DNA from: Nitrospiraceae bacterium
GTDB lineage: Bacteria; Nitrospirota; Nitrospiria; Nitrospirales; Nitrospiraceae
DNA: 64,000 nt
Assembly: GCA_050246315.1 (NCBI GenBank)
Contig: JBFWWG010000001.1
Location: 224,001 to 288,000 of the forward strand
Direction: 5' to 3'
A program made the position numbers and the translations under genes. Below the pieces are notes generated by a model. That model saw nothing but the letters and a program-made list of their open reading frames with translations, searched no databases and was not told the origin of the DNA. The first letter of the stretch is position 1. Each line of letters starts with the position of its first letter. This document shows positions 56,984 to 64,000 of this stretch, in pieces.

Positions 56984-57018
56984 CTCTGTCTCCTCCTTTC
57001 GCTTGTCCTTGCATCTCA

Positions 57019-57062
57019 AAGGTACGCGACCGGGATGAAAACCCGGTGAAGACCCGGTGAAG
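57019..57062 (-). promoter_or_regulatory. OmpR-family boxed promoter A
   Basis: CTTCAC-N5-CTTCAC-N5-TTTCAT-N10-TACCTT. Confidence 0.8.
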
Positions 57063-57076
57063 GTGTTCCCGCCAAT

Positions 57077-57120
57077 CTTCATCGGTTCTTCACGAATTCT
57101 TCATCCGTGCCGGCTAACCT
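57077..57120 (+). promoter_or_regulatory. OmpR-family boxed promoter B
   Basis: CTTCAT-N5-CTTCAC-N5-CTTCAT-N10-TAACCT. Confidence 0.8.
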
Positions 57121-57211
57121 GCGCGCAGGCTCAACGAGAGCCCCAGCGGAGCCATGTTGGTACAGGCCCTTGAACCTGGGAACAGGAACCCGACAAGGAG
57201 ACAACGGCACG

Positions 57212-57307
57212 ATGTTCGTCCTTCTGCTTGCCCTGATCGGACTGTTTCTGCTCCTCGCATGCATGGTGGGAGTCGCGCTGTATACGGAGAACCGCAAACA
57301 ACGATGA
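57212..57307 (+). CDS. Microprotein B, 31 aa, single TM
   Basis: MFVLLLALIGLFLLLACMVGVALYTENRKQR; AAGGAG RBS. Confidence 0.7.
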   Translation: MFVLLLALIGLFLLLACMVGVALYTENRKQR

Positions 57308-57724
57308 CTACCGGTCATAATCGCCGGCCGCCTCCGGCTGATAGAGGATTTCCTCGATCCTCACCTTTTTCACCCCCGCCGGAACCTGCCATTCGATGGT
57401 ATCTCCGACTCGGTACCCCAACATGGCGGTGCCGATCGGGGCGAGCACGGAAATCTTGCTCTCCTCGATCTTGGCCTGGCTGGGAAACACCAGGGTGTAA
57501 ACCCGCTCATCTCCCGTATCGAGATCGAGCAGGCGGACCTGCGAGTTCATCGTCACCACGTCTTGTGGAATCGCTTTCGGATCCACCACGTGCGCCCGAT
57601 CGAGTTCCCGCTCCAGGCTCTGGAGATACTCGCTATTTTTCCCTTTGAACACGATCCCGACCTGCAAGAGTTCCGACAGTCGTTCAAGGTCAAAGGCGGT
57701 GATATAGATGTCTCGATGTTCCAT
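57308..57724 (-). CDS. rnk: Regulator of nucleoside diphosphate kinase (GreA/B-like)
   Basis: DVVTMNS, LVFP, ISVLAPIG.A.LG, ILYQPEAAG. Confidence 0.93.
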   Translation of the reverse strand: MEHRDIYITAFDLERLSELLQVGIVFKGKNSEYLQSLERELDRAHVVDPKAIPQDVVTMNSQVRLLDLDTGDERVYTLVFPSQAKIEESKISVLAPIGTAMLGYRVGDTIEWQVPAGVKKVRIEEILYQPEAAGDYDR

Positions 57725-57816
57725 GGTGTCACACTCCTTGTTTGACGGATGAGAGAACGCGATTTCCGACTGTACGGTGTAAGGCCGGTCCTGGCCGAGC
57801 AGCCCAAAAATTGATC

Positions 57817-57999
57817 TTACGGTCGTGAAGGGGCTTCTGGAGGGGAGTGCCTGCGACGGAGATAGGGAGAGACGTCCCCCGTGACGTTCACGGATTTCCC
57901 GACGGACGCGTGCCTCGACGACCAGATCATCCAGACCGCCGCCATGGGCAGCATCGTCGTTCCGAGAGCAGAGAGCACAATGATGGCCGACAGGGGCAT
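57817..57999 (-). CDS. Microprotein C, 60 aa, N-terminal TM
   Basis: MPLSAIIVLSALGTTMLPMAAVWMIWSS...; AGGGAG RBS. Confidence 0.65.
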   Translation of the reverse strand: MPLSAIIVLSALGTTMLPMAAVWMIWSSRHASVGKSVNVTGDVSPYLRRRHSPPEAPSRP

Positions 58000-58021
58000 G
58001 ACGTCTCCCTTTCCTCAGTCA

Positions 58022-58065
58022 ACGATACGACCGCCGGATGAAGATTGCATGAAGAACGGATGAAG
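58022..58065 (-). promoter_or_regulatory. OmpR-family boxed promoter C
   Basis: CTTCAT-N5-CTTCAT-N5-CTTCAT-N10-TATCGT. Confidence 0.8.
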
Positions 58066-58179
58066 ACTCTCTCAGGTTGCCTCGTTGATAGGTCTTGCTG
58101 CGTCATTCGTCATTCGTCCTTTATATATGTCTCGCGTTCCTCCTTTCGCATTGGCGCCCCACTCAGAAGATGAACCATT

Positions 58180-58223
58180 CTTCACGATCGGTTCACCCCT
58201 TCTTCATGCTGCACTGGTACCCT
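58180..58223 (+). promoter_or_regulatory. OmpR-family boxed promoter D
   Basis: CTTCAC-N5-GTTCAC-N5-CTTCAT-N10-TACCCT. Confidence 0.8.
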
Positions 58224-58287
58224 TTGCCTCATCAGATGACGGGCTCCATGCGATGTCCACTCCCACACAGGCCATGAGGTGAATGCG

Positions 58288-58380
58288 ATGTCCGAAACCA
58301 TCAGCTCTGGGGTCATGCTTACGCTTCTGTTGGTCGCGATGACGGTGCTGATCCTATGGGGCATGTCTCTATTGGCATAA
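58288..58380 (+). CDS. Microprotein D, 30 aa, single TM
   Basis: MSETISSGVMLTLLLVAMTVLILWGMSLLA; GAGGTGA RBS; below ORF-track cutoff. Confidence 0.7.
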   Translation: MSETISSGVMLTLLLVAMTVLILWGMSLLA

Positions 58381-58435
58381 ACAACCGACTCGCGCGCATA
58401 AGGGGATTCGCGATAGATCAAGAGAGGAGGTTCGA

Positions 58436-58528
58436 ATGATGTCAGAACTCTTAGCCAGTCTCATGCTGATCGTGACGGTGGGAGGAATGGCGCTGCTCGT
58501 CATGTGGGGCCTGTCCATCATCGTGTAG
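58436..58528 (+). CDS. Microprotein E, 30 aa, single TM, paralogue of D
   Basis: MMSELLASLMLIVTVGGMALLVMWGLSIIV; AGGAGG RBS. Confidence 0.75.
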   Translation: MMSELLASLMLIVTVGGMALLVMWGLSIIV

Positions 58529-58605
58529 TCGGCTCAGGAACGGCTCGAACAGTCGTCGATATGACCAGCCCCGTGGCATTTCATGGGCCGGCAGGAGCAC
58601 AATAG

Positions 58606-58644
58606 GGCGGAGCGCCAGTCGAAAAGTTCGACTGGCGCTCCGCC
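58606..58644 (+). other. Perfect 18-bp hairpin just before the response regulator start
   Basis: GGCGGAGCGCCAGTCGAA-AAG-TTCGACTGGCGCTCCGCC. Confidence 0.8.
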
Positions 58645-58662
58645 GGCCCGGACATCACCGCC

Positions 58663-59343
58663 ATGCGCATCCTCCTCGTCGAAGACGATACCAATCTCGC
58701 CCAGTTCGTGCAGAAGGGTCTCCGCGAGGAACGTTACGCCGTCGATTGGGCGGCCGACGGCGAAGCGGGGCTCGACCTTGCCGGCCACAATGAGTACGAC
58801 CTCCTCATTGTGGACATTCTCCTACCCAAGTTGGACGGATTGACGCTCTGCCGCCGACTCCGATCCAGCGGAGGACGGACGCCGATCCTTCTGTTGACGG
58901 CACAGGACTCCGTTCAAGACAAGGTGGCGGGGCTCGACAGCGGCGCCGACGACTACCTGACCAAGCCTTTCGCCTTCGCGGAACTCCTGGCCCGCGTGCG
59001 GGCCCTCCTTCGTCGAGGCGGCCCCCACACGCCCACGCGCTTCAAGGCGGCGGACTTGGAGCTCGATCCCGCCTCCCACCGAGTTTGGCGAGCCGGCAAG
59101 GAGATTGCGCTGACGAACAAGGAATACGCGATTCTGGACTTTCTCCTTCGGAACAAGAACCGCGTTCTGACCCGGACTGCGATCATCGAACATGTGTGGG
59201 ATATCAGCTACGATCCCATGACCAACATCGTGGACGCGCATATCCGGTCACTCCGCGTGAAGATCGATCGCGACTTTTCGCCGCAACTCATCACGACCGT
59301 GCGAGGAGCCGGCTACATGCTGGAAGCACCGGAGGATGCATGA
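58663..59343 (+). CDS. OmpR-family response regulator (CusR/CzcR-like)
   Basis: MRILLVEDD, GADDYLTKPF, winged helix VDAHIRSLR.KID, TVRG.GY. Confidence 0.95.
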   Translation: MRILLVEDDTNLAQFVQKGLREERYAVDWAADGEAGLDLAGHNEYDLLIVDILLPKLDGLTLCRRLRSSGGRTPILLLTAQDSVQDKVAGLDSGADDYLTKPFAFAELLARVRALLRRGGPHTPTRFKAADLELDPASHRVWRAGKEIALTNKEYAILDFLLRNKNRVLTRTAIIEHVWDISYDPMTNIVDAHIRSLRVKIDRDFSPQLITTVRGAGYMLEAPEDA

Positions 59344-60767
59344 CGTTCTTCCGGAACCTGATCCGTGCTTGGGCCTTGGCGCTGATTCTCGTGGTCCTGG
59401 CTATCTTCAGCGCGCTGCTCTATGGAGGGTTTGAGGTTCTGCTTCAGCGCTATGCCGACGCCAGGTTGCTGGGGCTCGCACAGACGCTGGCTGCCATTAT
59501 CGAGCAACGGCCGGATCTCCTGAGCGGCAGTCGAGAACAAGAGATCGTTCCGCTTCAGGAGACGGACACGGACGAAGCGCAGCACGAATTGCGCGAAGCG
59601 GCACACTCGATCGTCGTCCTCACCCCAGACGGTCGGATCGTCTGGCAAGGTTCCAATGTCGTGCCCCGTCCGCCGGTGAGCAGCGAGCTGCTCGAAACGA
59701 TCCGGAGCGGAAATCCCCTCTACGACACGGTTTCCACCGTCAACGGGTCGCCGGTGCGACGCCTGTCGCTCCCGATCCCTGCTCGGGGAGAGGTCCGGTA
59801 CATTCTCCAGGCCGAGGCTTCGCTCGGATTTGCGGAGCGGGCCCTCCGCAATCTCTTGGGTTTGCTCGCGATCGTGTCCGCTGCCATGATGGCCGTGGCC
59901 TGGTTGGGCAGCGGCTGGCTGGCGCGAAAGGTCTTAGGACCGATCGACGTCTTGAGCGCCACGGCGGAGACCGTCTCCGGCTCGGCGCTCGAAACCAGGT
60001 TGAACGTGGATGCTCCCTATCGGGAGTTCCATCGGTTGGCGCAGGCCTTCAATGCCATGCTGGACCGATTGCAGAAGGTTTTCGAGGGCCAGCGGCGTTT
60101 TGTGGACCATGCGGCGCATGAAATGCAAACACCTCTGACGGTCTTGCAGGGGAACATCGAGGTGGCGCTCCAGAAGGCGCGCACGGCAGAGGAATACCGC
60201 GAGGCCTTGCTGAATAACTGGGAAGAGGTCCAGCGGTTGGTCAGCCTGACTCGGTCGCTCTTGACCCTGGCCCGATTGAGCGGGGATCACTCACCCGTGC
60301 AGCCTACTTCGCTCGCGCTTGAACCGCTGCTCCGGGAACTGGTCGAGGAGCTGATGGTCCTGGCCGAAGATTACAAGCTCCAGTTGAGGCTTCAGGCTGA
60401 TCCGGTGCCTTCCATCCAAGGCGACGCCCGGTGGCTCAAGCAGGCGGTGATTAACCTCTTGCACAACGCGCTCCGCTACACGGAACCGGGCGGGCGCGTT
60501 ACGGTAAGCCTCGGGGTCCTGGGCAATGAGATCCGTATCGCGGTCGAAGATACGGGTCAGGGGATCGAATCCGATCAGTTGCCGCACCTCTTCGAGCGAT
60601 TTTATCGCACCGACCGGGCGAGGGCGCGAGATTCCGGCGGCACCGGCCTGGGCCTGCCGATCGTGAAAGAAATCATTGAGGCGCACGGCGGCCGCATCAC
60701 GGTGGAGAGCCAGGTCGGGATCGGCTCAATCTTCACGCTCTGGCTACCGGTTCCTCATCCACATTAG
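59340..60767 (+). CDS. Sensor histidine kinase (2 TM, HAMP, HisKA, HATPase)
   Basis: AAHEMQTPLT, NLLHNALRY, DTGQGI, FERFYR, GGTGLGL. Confidence 0.95.
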   Translation: MTFFRNLIRAWALALILVVLAIFSALLYGGFEVLLQRYADARLLGLAQTLAAIIEQRPDLLSGSREQEIVPLQETDTDEAQHELREAAHSIVVLTPDGRIVWQGSNVVPRPPVSSELLETIRSGNPLYDTVSTVNGSPVRRLSLPIPARGEVRYILQAEASLGFAERALRNLLGLLAIVSAAMMAVAWLGSGWLARKVLGPIDVLSATAETVSGSALETRLNVDAPYREFHRLAQAFNAMLDRLQKVFEGQRRFVDHAAHEMQTPLTVLQGNIEVALQKARTAEEYREALLNNWEEVQRLVSLTRSLLTLARLSGDHSPVQPTSLALEPLLRELVEELMVLAEDYKLQLRLQADPVPSIQGDARWLKQAVINLLHNALRYTEPGGRVTVSLGVLGNEIRIAVEDTGQGIESDQLPHLFERFYRTDRARARDSGGTGLGLPIVKEIIEAHGGRITVESQVGIGSIFTLWLPVPHPH

Positions 60768-60853
60768 ACATGACGGCTCATGACGTTCCACCTGTTGCCT
60801 GAATTGTCAAAATCAAGACATGACCCCAATCACAATCAGATGTGGCGGGCTCG
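60757..60853. mobile_element. Degenerate MITE (family A) overlapping the kinase stop
   Basis: CCACATTAGACATGACGGCTCATGACGTTCCACCTGTTGC matches the family A left arm. Confidence 0.45.
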
Positions 60854-60857
60854 TCAT

Positions 60858-61850
60858 TCAGCCCGCGTTCCTTGCCGCTCGAAGATTTGGAAAGCGCTCG
60901 CTCGCGAACAACAACACCCATGTGACGAGCACGAAGGGAAGCGTCAGCGCGGGCATGCCAAGCGGCTGCAGTGCAGCGGACACTGCCGCGAACACGAAGG
61001 GAGTGGCGATCGTGGCCACCAGCGCATAGGCCACCGATACGCTTCCCGGCATAAAAAAGACAGTACCCATGGCGACTGCGACAAGCACGCTGTTGAATCC
61101 GAACGCACCCGAGCGGATCGCAGGTTCAGCGGCGCCCATACCCCAAGCCACGAGCACCCCGCTCAGCGACCCCAACAGCGCCGCAGCACCGGCCGCCCTT
61201 GACCCGATGAACAGCCCAGCCACGAATAGAATGCCGGTAACCATGCTTTCTTGAAAGAAGACCTGAGCAATACCGTTGAAGAGGCCTTCGACGACCGACG
61301 AAGCGGTTACGACTCCCTCCACTGCCACTGTCTTGGGCAGGCCGGCGGTCGGTAGGAGACCCGTGGTCTGGAGTCGCCCAAAACGCGCCGTCGCCAGGAA
61401 GAAACACAGGGAGATGAAGACAAATGGCGCTGTGAGTGCGGGCATTTTCCAGCCCTCCAGCAGAGAAAGCATTGCCGCCATGGCGATTGTCGAGCACGCC
61501 GCCGCGAAACCGACGCACCCCCAGGTCAACGCATTCGGTTGCAGGAAGAAGAGCAAGGCGATGCCCACGAGCCCGCCATTGAAGCCGAAGAGCCCTGCCC
61601 GGACCAGCGTGCGATCGACGCCCAACAACAACGCGGTGGCCGTGCTCACCGCACCGCCGAGCAGGAGGGCGGTCCCGAACAGCAGGGAGCTGTAACACAC
61701 CCCCATGACGAAGAGCAGACCGGTATAGCTGTTGTTCTGGAGCATCACTTGGCCGATGCCGCGCAGTACGGAATCAAGAAAATCCAACAGCGAATGCGAA
61801 ACACCCTGGCCTTCTACGACGAGACCCGTCGAGGAGAATCGCGCGGCCAT
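60858..61850 (-). CDS. Urea transporter (UT/Utp family)
   Basis: GIGQVMLQNN..TG, GLFGFNG, PALTAPF, repeated as GIAQVFFQ, GAFGFN, PALTLPF. Confidence 0.92.
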   Translation of the reverse strand: MAARFSSTGLVVEGQGVSHSLLDFLDSVLRGIGQVMLQNNSYTGLLFVMGVCYSSLLFGTALLLGGAVSTATALLLGVDRTLVRAGLFGFNGGLVGIALLFFLQPNALTWGCVGFAAACSTIAMAAMLSLLEGWKMPALTAPFVFISLCFFLATARFGRLQTTGLLPTAGLPKTVAVEGVVTASSVVEGLFNGIAQVFFQESMVTGILFVAGLFIGSRAAGAAALLGSLSGVLVAWGMGAAEPAIRSGAFGFNSVLVAVAMGTVFFMPGSVSVAYALVATIATPFVFAAVSAALQPLGMPALTLPFVLVTWVLLFASERFPNLRAARNAG

Positions 61851-62217
61851 AACGTCAGAATCCCCCGTGGCCGATCTGCGCATCCGGTATGTGATGCCCA
61901 AGAGACATGCCGGTGACCTTCACGCAGTGGGATGCGAGCATGCGATTCTCCTCCATAATCAAGCTGTCAGCTCTCCGCCTAAAATCGTTGCGGCGATCAC
62001 CTACCACATCGCTTTTTTCGCGCACTGGGTGAGACTTGGACTTTCCTTGCCGGCGATGACGGCGAACGACTGAGGAGCCGCCGAGGCACTGGCCGTTCCA
62101 GCGAGCTCTCTCGTGCGGGTCCTCATCGCGAAACGCGCACAATCTGCCGGATTGTCTTGGAAACACGAGGGGGTGTCAACGTGGGCCCTGCCGGAGAACC
62201 CCGTCATCCCGGCGACC

Positions 62218-62401
62218 TAGCCCACATTATTCATGAACGTTCGTGACGTTCCACCCGTTGCTTGGGGCCCATTGCCATTGGCGTTGCAATGGGCGCCCCG
62301 ATCAACGGGTACTGGAAGACGCCGGGCGTTGGCCCCACTGCATGGAGAGGAGCAACGGATCGCACGACGGCTGCAATAGAAGTCATCGTGAATAATGCGG
62401 G

Positions 62402-62404
<3 letters not shown>
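62218..62404. mobile_element. MITE-like element (family A)
   Basis: TAGCCCACATTATTCATGA...CGTGAATAATGCGGGCTA; right end is the antitoxin TAG. Confidence 0.75.
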
Positions 62405-62928
<524 letters not shown>

Positions 62929-62956
62929 CGATCCCGGTTTCCCGCAAGCGCTCGGC

Positions 62957-63020
62957 GTCTTACGCCCCGGCTCAGCGGCGGACCGCGCAGCGAACCGTCC
63001 GCCGCAACCGGCTATCAACC
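62957..63020 (-). other. Degenerate attC-like site
   Basis: Stem CCGGTTGCGGCGGAC...GTCCGCCGCTGAGCCGG with bulges; R' read as GTAAGAC. Confidence 0.5.
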
Positions 63021-63038
63021 TGAGACACATGAGATTCT

Positions 63039-63151
63039 TAGCCCACATTATGCATGACGGTTCGTGAGGTTCCACCCGTTGCATATGCAGGCAATAGCTG
63101 CCCCAGCGTATCGGCGGTTGCAGTAGAAGCGTTCATGAATAATGTGGGTTA
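63039..63151. mobile_element. MITE-like element (family A, short)
   Basis: TAGCCCACATTATGCATGA...TCATGAATAATGTGGGTTA; right end is the DUF1801 TAA. Confidence 0.75.
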
Positions 63152-63505
63152 GCGCGACTGCGTCGCCTGCCGGAGGAGTGCCGCAAACGCCCGTTCGTCG
63201 ATCGCAGAACGGTGACGGACCTTGATGTGCCGCACGTACTTCCCCTTGCCCTCAAGCAACCCTCTCGGATCCTTGAGGGATGATCCGTTCAAGAAACCGA
63301 ACTGCACGTACCCCGCATCGGAGTACACGTAGGCGACGGGTCCGTCAATGCCGACCCAGCACCCGTTTCCCCACTTCACGGCTTCGCTGAGCCTGGGCTC
63401 AACGCGTTTCACAAACTTCCGAAGCGCACGAATGATCGCCTGATTCTTCGGATTCTGGGCCTTCAGGTAATGATCGAAGCTCGCATACGCCTTCATGGTC
63501 TTCAT
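63149..63505 (-). CDS. DUF1801 (YdhG-like) protein
   Basis: E.VKWG, V..GF..G..L.DP.GLLEG.GK..RH.K. Confidence 0.85.
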   Translation of the reverse strand: MKTMKAYASFDHYLKAQNPKNQAIIRALRKFVKRVEPRLSEAVKWGNGCWVGIDGPVAYVYSDAGYVQFGFLNGSSLKDPRGLLEGKGKYVRHIKVRHRSAIDERAFAALLRQATQSR

Positions 63506-63533
63506 CGCAGGTTCCTCAATGGAACAAGCAGGT

Positions 63534-63617
63534 CCCTAACTATTGCGTTCAGCCGCCCCGAGCGGAGTGAGGGAATCGCCGCTAATCGGCAGCGTCGGCT
63601 GGCACGCGTTGTTGGCC
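63534..63617 (-). other. Integron attC site
   Basis: R'' GGCCAAC, L'' GCCAGCCG, L' CGGCTGAAC, R' GTTAGGG, between two co-oriented ORFs. Confidence 0.75.
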
Positions 63618-63624
63618 GGCATGC

Positions 63625-64000
63625 TCATAGCTTGCCCGCTACCTCGAAGCCGTAAACTCGCAATTGTTGGTGTACCGGGTGTACGAGATTCTTTTGCAGT
63701 TCTTCAACGCGCTCCCCGAGCCTCACTTTCATGATGTTCTTAGCGAGCACTTCAAAGCTGGCGATCGCTTGTTCAAGGTGCACTTGGGGAGGGTTGTGTT
63801 CGTATCCGAATATTAGGATGGCCTTTCGTTCATATAAGGCGCACTCCAAGAGCTTTATGCAGTCGCCGAGTGAGCTCGTGTTTCCTGGATACGGATGGAG
63901 AACGTTCTCAGACCAATGCTCCGCCGGCTTTCCGTTGTCTCCAAAGGGTCTGACAATCTTCAATTCGAGAGCCCAATGGCCGAGGATCAGGATATCAGGT
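63625..64000 (-). CDS. C-terminal part of a putative PD-(D/E)XK nuclease cassette (truncated by window edge)
   Basis: Frame open to the edge: PDILILGHWALELKIVRPFGDNG; lower GC. Confidence 0.55.
   Translation of the reverse strand, partial: PDILILGHWALELKIVRPFGDNGKPAEHWSENVLHPYPGNTSSLGDCIKLLECALYERKAILIFGYEHNPPQVHLEQAIASFEVLAKNIMKVRLGERVEELQKNLVHPVHQQLRVYGFEVAGKL

Noticed and set aside
57035..57104. Short periodic repeats as a possible CRISPR or VNTR
   Set aside because: 6-bp units with 5-bp spacers; better explained as regulator boxes
61855..62166. Possible urease accessory gene fragment upstream of the urea transporter
   Set aside because: No Ure motif recognisable in any frame

Overview
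GC-rich bacterial accessory region. Gene content and repeat types look Nitrospira-like, which is an inference. No rRNA, tRNA, CRISPR array, integrase or transposase was recognised. Left part (1-31 kb): an ECF42-type sigma factor, six YciI/DGPF paralogues, many VOC/glyoxalase genes, a MoaD-like/BNR-propeller pair, Ada/AlkA-Ogt repair genes, a CotH kinase and an RND efflux operon. Middle: a triple-GAF sigma-54 activator, a GmrSD-like nuclease and assorted enzymes. Right: copZ-copA, HtrA, rnk, an OmpR-family two-component system, a urea transporter and integron-like cassettes. Three regulons can be read directly from the DNA. (1) Four promoters share one architecture, three CTTCAY boxes at an 11-bp period, then 10 bp, then TAnnnT. 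They drive five 30-60 aa single-TM microproteins, rnk and probably the two-component system itself; this is the best candidate for an undescribed system. (2) Three sigma-54 promoters each have a tandem GCCGA-N4-TCGGC enhancer pair spaced 18 bp. (3) Three ECF42-type TGTCGA-N16/17-CGAC promoters. The window also holds many MITE-like elements, often at stop codons, decayed attC sites, decayed TA toxins and a degenerate duplication of the copA unit. Start codons were chosen by eye from RBS position and family N-termini.
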